NCBI GenBank assembly: GCA_028868735.1
Contig: JAGWTW010000003.1
Coordinates: 31,749 to 95,748, forward strand
Source: Hyphomicrobiales bacterium
GTDB taxonomy: Bacteria > Pseudomonadota > Alphaproteobacteria > Rhizobiales > Beijerinckiaceae
Reading direction: 5' to 3'
DNA length: 64,000 nucleotides
This document shows, piece after piece, positions 23,308-33,087 of this stretch; the stretch's first letter is position 1; every line of letters starts with the position of its first letter. Under the pieces are notes generated by a model. The model saw only the letters and a list, made by a program, of their open reading frames with translations, ran no database searches and had not been told where the DNA came from. The translations under genes were made by a program, and so were the position numbers.

Positions 23308-24495
23308 TCAGTTCCCGGCCGTCTCCCGGAGATAGTCCATCGCCGCCTGCGTCCCGCCGGCCTTGTGCGGAATACCTGCGAGCGTCAGGCCCATTTCGAC
23401 GCCCGAGAGGGCGCCGACCAGCGTCAGATCGTTGATGTCGCCGAGATGGCCGATTCGGAACGCCTTGCCGGCGAGTTTTCCGAGGCCTGTGCCGAGCGAC
23501 ATGTCGAACTTGTCGAGCACGATGGCGCGGAAGCGGTCAGCGTCGCAGCCCTCGGGCGTCATGACGCCAGTGAGCACAGGGGAATGCAGACGCGGATCCC
23601 TGCAGACCGTTTCGAGCCCCCAGGCCTCGACTGCGCGACGCGTCGCGGCCGCATGGCGCTCGTGGCGGGCGAAGACAGCGTCGAGTCCTTCCTCGTTCAG
23701 AAGGTCGATCGCGGCGTCGAGCCCGTAGAGCAGGTTGGTGGCCGGCGTATAGGGGAAGAAGCCGTTCGCATTGTGCGGTATCATCTCTTCCCAAGACCAG
23801 AACAGCCTGGGCAGCTTCGCCTGTTTGGAGGCCGCGAGCGCCTTGGCGCTCACCGCATTGAAGGAAATGCCGGGCGGCAGCATCAGGCCTTTCTGCGACC
23901 CGGACACGGTGACGTCGACGCGCCATTCGTCGTGTCGGTAATCCGCGCAGGCGAGCCCGGAAATCGTGTCCACAAGCAGCAGCGCGGGGTGATCGGCCGC
24001 GTCAATGGCGTCGCGCACTTCGGCGATGCGCGAGGTGACGCCGGTCGATGTCTCGTTGTGGACGACGCAGACGGCCTTGATAGAACGCTCCCGATCGTCG
24101 CGCAGCGCCCGTTCGATCAGCGAGGCGTCGACGCCGCCGCGCCAGTCGGTCGGAATGAACTCCGGCTGCAAGCCGAGCTTGATCGCCATGTTCTTCCACA
24201 GCGTGGAAAAATGGCCGGTCTCGTACATGAGGATGCGGTCGCCGGGCGAGAAAGTGTTGGCGAGCGCGGCTTCCCACGCGCCGGTGCCGGAGGCCGGATA
24301 GATGAAGACCGGTCCTTCCGTCTTGAACACGCCCTTCAGCTTCTGCAATACGCGCTTGCCGAGCTTCTGGAATTCAGGGCCGCGATGATCGAGCACCGGC
24401 ATGTCCATGGCGCGCATGACGCGTTCCGGAACAGGGCTCGGACCGGGAATCTGAAGGAAATGCCGGCCTGCCCGCCGGCGTTCGTTGGCGTTCAT
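23308..24495 (-). CDS. Class-V PLP aminotransferase (serine/alanine-glyoxylate aminotransferase family)
   Basis: 395 aa. HFLQIPGPSPVPERVMRAM...VHNETSTGV...SGSQKGLMLPPG contains the PLP-Lys region. Confidence 0.88.
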   Translation of the reverse strand: MNANERRRAGRHFLQIPGPSPVPERVMRAMDMPVLDHRGPEFQKLGKRVLQKLKGVFKTEGPVFIYPASGTGAWEAALANTFSPGDRILMYETGHFSTLWKNMAIKLGLQPEFIPTDWRGGVDASLIERALRDDRERSIKAVCVVHNETSTGVTSRIAEVRDAIDAADHPALLLVDTISGLACADYRHDEWRVDVTVSGSQKGLMLPPGISFNAVSAKALAASKQAKLPRLFWSWEEMIPHNANGFFPYTPATNLLYGLDAAIDLLNEEGLDAVFARHERHAAATRRAVEAWGLETVCRDPRLHSPVLTGVMTPEGCDADRFRAIVLDKFDMSLGTGLGKLAGKAFRIGHLGDINDLTLVGALSGVEMGLTLAGIPHKAGGTQAAMDYLRETAGN

Positions 24496-24582
24496 GATCG
24501 CTTCTTCCCCTTCGCGGGCCGCAGGCTTCGGTTGCGGAAAGTGAATAATGAATGCAAAATCGAGTCAAGGAAGGACGGGGAA

Positions 24583-27537
24583 ATGGCTTCATCGGCGGCG
24601 CTCGAACGGCGCCTGCGGGACGAACGGGTCGGCGAAGTCCTGTTCGATTCCTTTACGCGCGGGCGGTATGCCACCGACGCCTCGGCCTACCAGATGACGC
24701 CGGTCGGCGTCGTCGTGCCGGAGACGATGGAGCAGGCCGAACGCGCGCTGGGGATTGCGCGCGAAGCGGGCCAGCCTGTGCTCGCGCGCGGCGGCGGAAC
24801 CTCGCAATGCGGGCAGACGGTCAACGACGCGCTCGTAGTCGACTGTTCGAAACATCTGAACCGGATCGTTTCGCTCGACCCGTCCGCGCGCCGCTGCGTC
24901 GTCGCGCCGGGCATCGTGCTCGATGAGCTCAATCGCCAGCTGAAGCCGCACGGCCTCTGGTTTCCGGTCGACGTATCAACCGCCTCGCGCGCGACGATCG
25001 GCGGAATGGCCGGCAACAATTCCTGCGGCGGGCGCTCGCTGCGCTACGGCACGATGCGCGACAATACGCTGTCGATCGACGCGGTGCTCGCGGACGGTTC
25101 GCGCGCCCAATTCGGTCGCGTCGCGGCCGATCTGTCGGATCTTCGCGCTGCCGATCCGCGTCGAAAGCTGTTTTCGGATCTTCTCGCTATCGGCGCGCGC
25201 GAGGCCGACGAGGTCGCCGCGCGCTTTCCGGCGGTGCAGCGACGCGTCGGCGGATACAATCTCGACGCGCTGTCGCCGCCGGGCAGCCAGTCCGACGGTA
25301 AGGTCAATCTCGCGCATCTCCTCGTCGGTTCCGAAGGCACGCTCGCCTTCTCGACCGCGATCGAGTTGCAGCTCTGGCCCCTGCTCCGCAAGCGGGCCGT
25401 CGGCGTCTGCCATTTCGGATCGTTCTACGAGGCGATGAATTCCGCGCAGCATATGGTCGGCCTGCGTCCGATCGCGGTCGAACTCGTCGACAAGGCGATG
25501 ATCGAACTTGCCGGCGCCATCCCGATCTTCCGGCCAACGCTGGACAAGGTCGTGCGCGGAAGTCCGGAAGCGCTGCTGCTCGTCGAATTCGCCGAGAGCG
25601 AGGCGGAGAACGCGCGAAGGCTCGCGAGCCTGCACGATCTTATGGGCGATCTCGGTTTCGGTTGGGACCGCGACCGGCGCAAGTGGGGCGGCGTCGTCGA
25701 CGTGCTCGATCCTGCGCTTCAGAACGCGATCACAGACCTGCGCACGTCCGGCCTCAACATCATGATGTCGATGAAGGACGCGCGAAAGCCTGTTTCTTTC
25801 GTCGAGGATTGCGCGGTGCCGCTCGCCAGTCTCGCGGACTATACGGCGAAGCTCACCGAGATTTTCGAGAGGAACGGCACGTCCGGCACCTGGTACGCGC
25901 ATGCGTCGGTCGGTTGCCTGCATGTGCGCCCGGTTCTGAATCTGAAGCTCGAAAAGGACGTCAATGCGATGCGCGCGATCGCCGAGGAGGCTTTCGCGCT
26001 CGTGCGCAAATACAAGGGATCGCATTCCGGCGAACACGGCGACGGCATCGTGCGGTCGGAATTCCACGAGCAAATGTTCGGCGCCAGGCTCGTACGCGCC
26101 TTCGAGGAGACGAAGGACCGCTTCGACCCGAAAGGTCTTTTCAATCCCGGCAAGATCGTGCGCGCGCCAAAATTCGACGACCGCACGAAGTTCCGGTTCG
26201 GGCCGGACTACCGAGCTGTCGATTTTGCGCCAGCGCTCGACTGGTCCGATTATCCCGGCGGCGCAGGCGGGCTGATCGGCGCAGCGGAAATGTGCAACAA
26301 CAACGGCGCATGCCGGAAATTGTCGGGCGGCGCCATGTGCCCGTCCTATCGCGCGACGCAAAACGAAAAGGATGTCACGCGCGGCCGCGCAAATACGCTC
26401 CGTCTCGCGCTTTCCGGGCAGCTCGGGCCTGACGCGCTGACGTCCGAGGACATGGCCGAGAGCCTGAAACTCTGCGTGTCCTGCAAGGCGTGCCGTCGCG
26501 AGTGCCCGACCGGCGTCGACATGGCGCGGATGAAAATCGAGGTTCTCGCCGCCCGCGCGCGAAAAGGCTTCGTGGGCTTGCGCGAAAGGCTGTTTGCTTA
26601 TCTGCCGCGCTATGCGCCGCTCGCCGCGCGCTTTTCGGCGCTGCTCAATCTGCGCGACAAGGCGCCGCTGCTGGCGAGCTTGTCGGAGCGAATGCTCGGC
26701 CTGGCGGCGGATCGCAAGCTGCCGATCTGGCGCGCAGATCGCTATGCGCCGATGGCGCGCGCCGTCGGGCCCGACAACGGCCCCGAGGTCGTCCTGTTCG
26801 CCGATACGTTCAACGCGAGTTTTTCGCGCGAAAAGATCGAGGCCGCGGTCGAAACGCTCGTCGCCGCCGGCTATCGCGTCCACATGCCGGTTGCTGCCGA
26901 CGGATCCGCGCGGCCGATCTGCTGCGGCCGCACGTTTCTTTCCGCCGGTCTTGTCGAGGAAGCGCGTAAGGAGGCTCGCCGCGCGCTCGATGCGCTTGCG
27001 CCTTTCGCGCGTCGCGGCGCGCCGATCGTCGGGCTCGAGCCCTCGTGTCTCCTCACATTCCGCGACGAGGCGACGGCGATGCGCCTCGGCGAGGACGCCA
27101 AGCTCGTCGCGGAGCAGGCGTTGCTGTTCGAGGAATTTCTCGCACGCGAACAAGGCGCGGGACGGCTGAAGCTCGACCTCGCGCCGATCGCTTCGTGCGC
27201 TTTGCTGCATGGCCATTGCCATCAGAAGAGCTTCGGCGCCATGGGCGCCGTCGAGTCGACCTTGCGCCTCGTGCCGGGCCTCGCGGTCGAGACGATCGAG
27301 TCGAGCTGTTGCGGCATGGCGGGTTCCTTTGGATACCAGGCCGAAACCGCGGCCGTGTCGCGCGCGATGGGCGAGCTTTCCCTGCTCCCCGCGGTACGCG
27401 CAGCGCCGGCCGACACGCTCGTCGTCGCCGACGGATTTTCCTGTCGTTGCCAGATCGAGGCCGGCGCGCAACGTGAAGCGCTGCATGTCGCCGAAGTGCT
27501 CGCGCAATCGATCCGCGCCGCGCGCGCGACAATCTAG
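24583..27537 (+). CDS. Fused FAD-linked oxidase / (Fe-S) CCG-domain protein (GlcD-GlcF-like 2-hydroxyacid dehydrogenase)
   Basis: The true start MASSAALERRLRDE is at 24583 with an AAGGAAGGA RBS. The 5' part of track ORF 23365..27537 is antisense to the aminotransferase. The protein has an FAD PCMH domain (ARGGGTSQCGQ), Fe-S clusters (CNNNGACRKL..CPS and CVSCKACRRECP) and C-terminal CCG regions (SSCCGMAG). Length is 984 aa. Confidence 0.88.
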   Translation: MASSAALERRLRDERVGEVLFDSFTRGRYATDASAYQMTPVGVVVPETMEQAERALGIAREAGQPVLARGGGTSQCGQTVNDALVVDCSKHLNRIVSLDPSARRCVVAPGIVLDELNRQLKPHGLWFPVDVSTASRATIGGMAGNNSCGGRSLRYGTMRDNTLSIDAVLADGSRAQFGRVAADLSDLRAADPRRKLFSDLLAIGAREADEVAARFPAVQRRVGGYNLDALSPPGSQSDGKVNLAHLLVGSEGTLAFSTAIELQLWPLLRKRAVGVCHFGSFYEAMNSAQHMVGLRPIAVELVDKAMIELAGAIPIFRPTLDKVVRGSPEALLLVEFAESEAENARRLASLHDLMGDLGFGWDRDRRKWGGVVDVLDPALQNAITDLRTSGLNIMMSMKDARKPVSFVEDCAVPLASLADYTAKLTEIFERNGTSGTWYAHASVGCLHVRPVLNLKLEKDVNAMRAIAEEAFALVRKYKGSHSGEHGDGIVRSEFHEQMFGARLVRAFEETKDRFDPKGLFNPGKIVRAPKFDDRTKFRFGPDYRAVDFAPALDWSDYPGGAGGLIGAAEMCNNNGACRKLSGGAMCPSYRATQNEKDVTRGRANTLRLALSGQLGPDALTSEDMAESLKLCVSCKACRRECPTGVDMARMKIEVLAARARKGFVGLRERLFAYLPRYAPLAARFSALLNLRDKAPLLASLSERMLGLAADRKLPIWRADRYAPMARAVGPDNGPEVVLFADTFNASFSREKIEAAVETLVAAGYRVHMPVAADGSARPICCGRTFLSAGLVEEARKEARRALDALAPFARRGAPIVGLEPSCLLTFRDEATAMRLGEDAKLVAEQALLFEEFLAREQGAGRLKLDLAPIASCALLHGHCHQKSFGAMGAVESTLRLVPGLAVETIESSCCGMAGSFGYQAETAAVSRAMGELSLLPAVRAAPADTLVVADGFSCRCQIEAGAQREALHVAEVLAQSIRAARATI

Positions 27538-28793
27538 AACCGGCGCGGCGAAAACGGCTCGGGGTCGATCGCCGGTGTCGCCTCGGTCAGCAGATCGGCG
27601 ACGATGCGCGCCGTCGCGGGCGCCGTCGCAAGACCGATATGGCCGTGTCCGAACGCGTGGATAATATCGGAACAGCGGGATGCGCGGCCGATGACGGGTT
27701 TGCCGTCCGGCGTCGATGGGCGATGGCCCATCCAGCGTGCGACCTTCGATCCGTTCGACTCCGCGAGCGCCGGATAAGCAATGCGGGCGCGGGCGAGCAA
27801 TATGTCGGCGCGGCGCCAGTCCGGCGCGGCGTTTACCTGTGCGAGCTCCACCTGCCCGGCGATACGCAAACCGCGATCGAGCGAGGTGTTCGCCATCTTG
27901 CCGTCACCGGGCATGACGGGGATGGCGAGTTCGAACGGCGGATCGGCGATGTCGACCGCATAGCCGCGCTCGCTCGCCAGAGGAATGACGTCGCCGACCG
28001 CCCGCGCCAGCGTCGCCGAACGCACGCCTGCGGCGATCACGGCGCGATCCGCGGCGATCGGGCCGCCCGTCGTCTCGACCGCATCGAGCCTTCCGTGGCT
28101 GATTGCAAAGCCCGTCGCGCGTGCGCAAACGAGGCTTGCGCCGCGGGAAATCGCGTGCGCGACGATCGCGGCGACATAGCCTCCGGGATCGCGGCAATGC
28201 GCCCCGCTTTCCACCAACGCGCCGAATTCATATCGGGCGCCGAGTTGCGGCGCCCGCGCGTGAACTTCGCCGGCGTCGAGTTCGCGCCAGCCGACCCCGT
28301 TGTCGGCGCGCAGGCGCCAGGCAAGCGCTTCATCCTCGAAATGCGCGCGGTCTGCATAGACATACAGCAGACCGGAACGGCGGATCAGATCCTGCGCGCC
28401 AGTCTCCGCCGCGAGACCCGCGTGACGGTGCGGGGCGTCGCGGAGCAGGGATGCGAGCGCGCGCGCAATCGCCGCTGCTCTCGCCTGCGTCACGCCTGCG
28501 GCGAGAAAACGCAGCAGCCAAGGCGCGAGCGCGGGCAAGGCGGCTGGGCGGATGGTCAGCGGTCCCTTGCGATCGAGAAGATAGGCGGGAACCTTGCGCC
28601 ACAGACCGGGCATGGACATGGGAACGATGGAGGCCGGCGATATCCAGGCGCCGTTGCCGAAACTCGCGGCCTGTTCGCCGCCGGGCGTCGCCTCTTCGAC
28701 GATCGTGACCGCGCATCCCTCGGCCGCCAAAGCCTGTGCCACGCATGCGCCGACGACGCCCGCGCCGATGACGACGACGCGCGGCGGTTTCAT
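27534..28793 (-). CDS. FAD-dependent oxidoreductase, D-amino-acid dehydrogenase (DadA)-like
   Basis: MKPPRVVVIGAGVVGACVAQALAAEG is the dinucleotide fold. The C-terminal region is GHGHIGLATAPATARIVADLL. Length is 419 aa. Confidence 0.85.
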   Translation of the reverse strand: MKPPRVVVIGAGVVGACVAQALAAEGCAVTIVEEATPGGEQAASFGNGAWISPASIVPMSMPGLWRKVPAYLLDRKGPLTIRPAALPALAPWLLRFLAAGVTQARAAAIARALASLLRDAPHRHAGLAAETGAQDLIRRSGLLYVYADRAHFEDEALAWRLRADNGVGWRELDAGEVHARAPQLGARYEFGALVESGAHCRDPGGYVAAIVAHAISRGASLVCARATGFAISHGRLDAVETTGGPIAADRAVIAAGVRSATLARAVGDVIPLASERGYAVDIADPPFELAIPVMPGDGKMANTSLDRGLRIAGQVELAQVNAAPDWRRADILLARARIAYPALAESNGSKVARWMGHRPSTPDGKPVIGRASRCSDIIHAFGHGHIGLATAPATARIVADLLTEATPAIDPEPFSPRRF

Positions 28794-29449
28794 TCGGCGA
28801 GGCTTTTTTCGATCCTGTCCGCAAAGCGCGTCAGCGGGAACAGGATGATGAAATAGAGCGCGGCGATCATCGTATAGGTCTCAAGCGGCCTGTAGGTCGC
28901 CGACGTGATCAGTTGACCCTGGTAGAGCAGGTCCGGCACAGCGAGCACGGACAGAAGCGAGGTGTTCTTCAGTTGCAGCACAGTCTGATTGACGAGCGGC
29001 GGCAGCATTCGTTTCAGGGCCTGCGGCAGGATCACATGGCGCAAAACGCCGAATGTGCGAAGACCGAGCGCCCGGCCGGCGTCCCACTGGCCCTTCTCGA
29101 TCGAAACAATGCCGCCGCGGATGATTTCGGCATAGAAGGCGCCGCCGTAGAGCGTCAGCGTAATGAAGGCGGCGGCCGACGGTGACAGTTCGATATGCGT
29201 GACGATCGGCAGCGCATAATAGCACCAGACGAGTTGCACCAGCACCGGCGTGCAGCGGAATATCTCGACGAGCGCGACGAGCGGCGCGGCGAGCAGCTTG
29301 CGATTGCCCAGCCGCGCAATCGCGATCACGCCGCCGAGCGCGAGTCCTGCGACAGCCGTCAGGATCGTGAACCCGATCGTATAGGCCGCGCCGACCGCAA
29401 TCAGGCGGTGGTATTGCCAGAGAAATGAAAAATCCCATTGGTAGGGCAT
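28790..29449 (-). CDS. Polar amino-acid ABC transporter permease (His/Glu/Gln/Arg/opine family)
   Basis: 219 aa with an EAA-like loop (IEKGQWDAGRALGLRTFGVLRHVILPQAL). It overlaps the downstream dadA-like start. Confidence 0.88.
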   Translation of the reverse strand: MPYQWDFSFLWQYHRLIAVGAAYTIGFTILTAVAGLALGGVIAIARLGNRKLLAAPLVALVEIFRCTPVLVQLVWCYYALPIVTHIELSPSAAAFITLTLYGGAFYAEIIRGGIVSIEKGQWDAGRALGLRTFGVLRHVILPQALKRMLPPLVNQTVLQLKNTSLLSVLAVPDLLYQGQLITSATYRPLETYTMIAALYFIILFPLTRFADRIEKSLAE

Positions 29450-29464
29450 TGGAGGCGGCTGCCT

Positions 29465-30175
29465 TCAGGGCGGAGACTTGTGCGGACCGTAGCCGATTTG
29501 CGTCAGGCCGGCATGGAGCAACATCCCGAGCGTGAGGATGTCATGCACGGGCAGGCCAAACCGGGTGCGTACGGCCGGGGAAAACGGCGGCAGGTTCGTG
29601 CATTCGAAGACGATCGCGCCGACGTCTGGATGTCGGGAAATCAGGGTTTCGACCGCCCGAAGCGTTTCCTTTTCGAGCGCATCGTGGTCATAAGGCGCGG
29701 CTTTCTCGATCAGCGCGCGAAAGGCGCCGTCGTCCGGCAGGCCGACGCAGGGCGTCGCCGGATCCGCGCCTGCGCCGCGGAAATGCGCGCGCCCCAGCCT
29801 CGATGCGTCGTATGTGACGACGCCCGGCCTGACGCCTGGCGGCAGCGCTGCGGCGATCGTCGGCAGCAGAAGCAGGGCGGAGGAGGCGAAGGGCAGCGGC
29901 GTCCGCGCGGCGAGCTCGCGCTGTCGACGACCGAGAAAGCCGCAGGATGTGATCGCGCCGACCGCGCCGCGCGCTTTCAGCGCCACCGCGCCGGCGACGA
30001 AGGCGTCGACGAGCGCGTCGTCGTCGCCATCGACGATGGCGCGCGGGAATGCGCCGCGAATCGTTTCGAACAGGACTGGAAAGGGCCAGCTTTCCGGATT
30101 GCCGACATCGCCGGGCGGACGCTCGAAATCCGTATCGAGCATCAACACGCCGAGTGGCCGCCGAGCGTCCGTCAT
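29465..30175 (-). CDS. Asp/Glu/hydantoin-racemase-family protein
   Basis: Start at MTDARRPLGVLMLDTDFERPPGDVGN. Later regions are AITSCGFL and IVFECTNLPPF. Length is 236 aa. The family call is from memory, with moderate certainty. Confidence 0.65.
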   Translation of the reverse strand: MTDARRPLGVLMLDTDFERPPGDVGNPESWPFPVLFETIRGAFPRAIVDGDDDALVDAFVAGAVALKARGAVGAITSCGFLGRRQRELAARTPLPFASSALLLLPTIAAALPPGVRPGVVTYDASRLGRAHFRGAGADPATPCVGLPDDGAFRALIEKAAPYDHDALEKETLRAVETLISRHPDVGAIVFECTNLPPFSPAVRTRFGLPVHDILTLGMLLHAGLTQIGYGPHKSPP

Positions 30176-30177
30176 TT

Positions 30178-31023
30178 TCAGAAAACGATATCCGTCGGGA
30201 TGTCCTGCTGCTTGACGCCGACGAGATCGAGACTGCCGACGATCCAGCTGCGTATGGCGCCGAGCGAGCGGCTGTATTCCAGCCAATTGTCGACGAAGGT
30301 GCGGAAGCGCTGATCGACATCGACGCGGACGCCCGCGCAGGTCGGCTGCTGGGCGATCGGCGTCGGCACTATGATCTTGCCGAGATTGGGATTCTTCTTC
30401 ACGGTCACGAGCGAAAGCATCGCTACCTGGATCACGCAATCGGCGCGTCCGGACTGAACGGCGAGCATTGCTTCATCAGGCGTTTTCAAGGCGACCAGCG
30501 TGCAGTTCGGCAGAATGCGCCGTGCATAGAGATCATGCGTCGAGCCGATGTCGACAGCGACTCGTGCAGAGGGCTTGTCGAGGTCGGCCCAAGTCTTCGG
30601 CTCGAATCCTTGCCGCGCAATGATGGTGAAAGTGTTGTTCATGATCGGGCGCGTGAACTCGACGACAAGCGCTCGCGACGGCGTCGGGCTCAATCCGAAC
30701 ATGATGTCGATCTTGTTGGACTGCAGGTCGAGCACCGCATTGCCCCAGGTCGTCTCGGCGATCTCGACGTCCGCGTCCATCGATTTGGCGAGGTCTTTCG
30801 CCATGCTCACGCAGAACCCCGTCCATTCGCCCGACGCGATATCCTTGTGATAGTAAGGTTCGGTGCCGACGATGCCGGCGATGCGCAACTTTTTCGTCGA
30901 GCGCACGCGGTCGAACGTGCTCTGGCCGGTCGGCGTCTGCGCCGCCGTGGGCAAAGTCGCGAGCGATGCGCCTGCGAGCGCTGCCCCGCCGATCGTTGCG
31001 GCCAAATCCCTGCGTGAAACCAT
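30178..31023 (-). CDS. Polar amino-acid ABC transporter substrate-binding protein
   Basis: Tat-like signal MVSRRDLAATIGGAALAGA, then a family 3 SBP core (LRIAGIVGTEPYYHKD...IDIMFGLSPTPSRA). Length is 281 aa. Confidence 0.85.
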   Translation of the reverse strand: MVSRRDLAATIGGAALAGASLATLPTAAQTPTGQSTFDRVRSTKKLRIAGIVGTEPYYHKDIASGEWTGFCVSMAKDLAKSMDADVEIAETTWGNAVLDLQSNKIDIMFGLSPTPSRALVVEFTRPIMNNTFTIIARQGFEPKTWADLDKPSARVAVDIGSTHDLYARRILPNCTLVALKTPDEAMLAVQSGRADCVIQVAMLSLVTVKKNPNLGKIIVPTPIAQQPTCAGVRVDVDQRFRTFVDNWLEYSRSLGAIRSWIVGSLDLVGVKQQDIPTDIVF

Positions 31024-31172
31024 GGTCGAGCCCTCTTGCCTGCTGGCGAAAGCCTAACCGGCGCAAGCCCATGCGCGCAAGCGGACCGCACGGGTCATGC
31101 GCTGTTCAGCGGCTCTGCGGCCCATTATGCTAAGGCGCAAGCGCAGGCGCGTATCGAAGGGCGGGAAACCAC

Positions 31173-32138
31173 ATGAAGGATTTCGCGGGCAAGACGGCTG
31201 TCATCACGGGCGGCGGCACGGGCATGGGGCGGGAACTCGCACGCCAGCTCGTCGCGGAGGGATGCAATATCGCGATGTGCGACGTCTCGGCCGCGAATAT
31301 GGCCGAGACAAGAGCGCAATGCGTCGGTGCGGGCTTGCCGCAAGGCATGAAGGTGACGACGCATGTCGCCGACGTGTCGGACGAAGCGCAGGTCATCCGA
31401 TTTCGCGACGAGATTCGCCAACAGCACGGGATCGACCACATCCACCTGCTGTTCAACAACGCCGGCATCGGCGGCGGCGGTTCGCTGTTCACCAACTCGC
31501 GCGAACAATGGGAACGCACCTTCAATATCGACTGGGGCGGCGTCTATTACGGCGTTCGCACGTTTCTCGATATGCTCGTGCGTGCGCCCGAAGCCCACAT
31601 CGTCAACACGTCCAGCGTCAACGGCTTCTGGGCGACGGTCGGTCCCGACATTTCGCATACGGCCTACAGCGCCGCGAAATTCGCGGTGAAGGGTTTCACC
31701 GAGGCGCTCATCAACGATCTGCGCCTCAATGCGCCGCATGTGAAATGCTCTGTCGTCATGCCCGGCCACATCGGCACGTCGATCGTCTTCAATTCGCGCG
31801 CGATCCAGAGCGGCGGCACGGGCGCGATCAGCCAGATGGAGCTGCAATCGCTGCGGGTGCGCCTGACAAAGGCGGGAATCGACGCAGCGAAGATGACGGA
31901 CGAGCAGGTGGCGCTCGCGGCGGGAGAGGTCGCAAAGGCCTTTCTCGAGAAGGCGCCGACCACGGCCGCGCAGGCGGCCAAGATCATCCTCGACGGAGTC
32001 AGGGAAGAGAAATGGCGCATTCTGGTCGGCGCGGACGCGCACTGGCTCGACGAGCGCGTTCGCGCGACGCCGGAGGACGCCTATCTGCCGGAATTCCACA
32101 AGGCTTTCGTTGCGGCCAGCGGCTGGCGTCTCGGGTAG
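31173..32138 (+). CDS. SDR-family oxidoreductase (long form with C-terminal extension)
   Basis: MKDFAGKTAVITGGGTGMGREL, then NNAG, then a YSAAK catalytic motif. Length is 321 aa. Confidence 0.88.
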   Translation: MKDFAGKTAVITGGGTGMGRELARQLVAEGCNIAMCDVSAANMAETRAQCVGAGLPQGMKVTTHVADVSDEAQVIRFRDEIRQQHGIDHIHLLFNNAGIGGGGSLFTNSREQWERTFNIDWGGVYYGVRTFLDMLVRAPEAHIVNTSSVNGFWATVGPDISHTAYSAAKFAVKGFTEALINDLRLNAPHVKCSVVMPGHIGTSIVFNSRAIQSGGTGAISQMELQSLRVRLTKAGIDAAKMTDEQVALAAGEVAKAFLEKAPTTAAQAAKIILDGVREEKWRILVGADAHWLDERVRATPEDAYLPEFHKAFVAASGWRLG

Positions 32139-32237
32139 GCCGGGGCGGTCTGCGGACATTGGCGTTCGCGTAGTTCGGGTGAGGATGCGCTAAAGCAGCA
32201 CGGTGGGAGCGGGGCGTTTCCGGCGCGCCTGGCGCGC

Positions 32238-32972
32238 TTAACCCGGCGTGCGCGCAAGCAATTCCGTGAGGCTCGTAACGATCATGTCCGGCTTTACGCC
32301 GCAACCGGCCGGCAAGCCCTTCGCGCGATGGTCGAACCAGATCGCGAATATGCCGAGACGCTGCGGACCGACGACTTCCCATTCGAGATTGTCGCCGACC
32401 ATCCAGGTTTCGTGCGCGGCGACGCCGAGCTTCTCCATCGCATGCAGATATGCGCGGTCCTCCGGCTTTCCGAAACCGGCCTCGCCCTCGATCTGAACGT
32501 GGTCGAAGCGGTGCGCGAGGTCGAAGCGCTCGATCTTGGCGCGTTGCGGGCCCGATGCGCCGTTCGTAATCAGCGCCAGCTTGTGGCCGCGCGCGCGAAG
32601 AGCGGCGAGCACGTCGTGCGCATCCCTGAAGATCGCAATCGAATCCTCGGCGAATGCGGTGAACCGGTCGGCGAGCGCCTGCGCTACGTCGGGCGTCAAC
32701 CTGGGATCTTTCTGCGCCAGAGATCCGAGGGCCGAGGCCACGACTTTTCTTCGCGCTTCGGGGATCTTCACGCGCCAGAGCTTGTGGCGTTCCGAGTCCG
32801 CCCAGAAGTCGCGCGAGGCAATCTGGATCGCCTGCGTTATCTTCGCGCGCGTCGCAGCATCGCGACCGGCGAAGAAACCGTCGACGACTTCGGCCCATGC
32901 CGAATCCGGTCGCGCGAAGGCGGGCAGGATCGTATCGTCGAGGTCGAACAGAATCGCGCGCGGCTTTTTCAT
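32238..32972 (-). CDS. HAD-superfamily hydrolase
   Basis: Start at MKKPRAILFDLDDTIL (DxDxT motif I). Later motifs are ITNG and GDNLEWEV. Length is 244 aa. Confidence 0.85.
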   Translation of the reverse strand: MKKPRAILFDLDDTILPAFARPDSAWAEVVDGFFAGRDAATRAKITQAIQIASRDFWADSERHKLWRVKIPEARRKVVASALGSLAQKDPRLTPDVAQALADRFTAFAEDSIAIFRDAHDVLAALRARGHKLALITNGASGPQRAKIERFDLAHRFDHVQIEGEAGFGKPEDRAYLHAMEKLGVAAHETWMVGDNLEWEVVGPQRLGIFAIWFDHRAKGLPAGCGVKPDMIVTSLTELLARTPG

Positions 32973-33087
32973 GGCGCGCAGCCTAGGGCCTGACGCAAAC
33001 GCGGGAAAGCGGGTCGTCGCGGCGCATTTGGGGTTCGCGGGAAATCTCATATGATCGCGGGACGTCCATTGCGCAGGGGAGGGTCAG

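Noticed and set aside
23365-24582. The 5' 406 codons of the 1390-aa track ORF 23365..27537, which would make a giant protein.
   Set aside because: This part is the antisense shadow of the well-supported aminotransferase gene (23308-24495). Its translation is Arg/Ala/Gly-rich and family-less. A good RBS and a recognisable FAD-oxidase N-terminus begin at 24583.
28362-28387. A third sigma-E-like motif on the minus strand (TGATCC-N16-GTAT).
   Set aside because: The -10 element does not match CGTA, and the site lies inside the DadA-like coding sequence with no downstream start.
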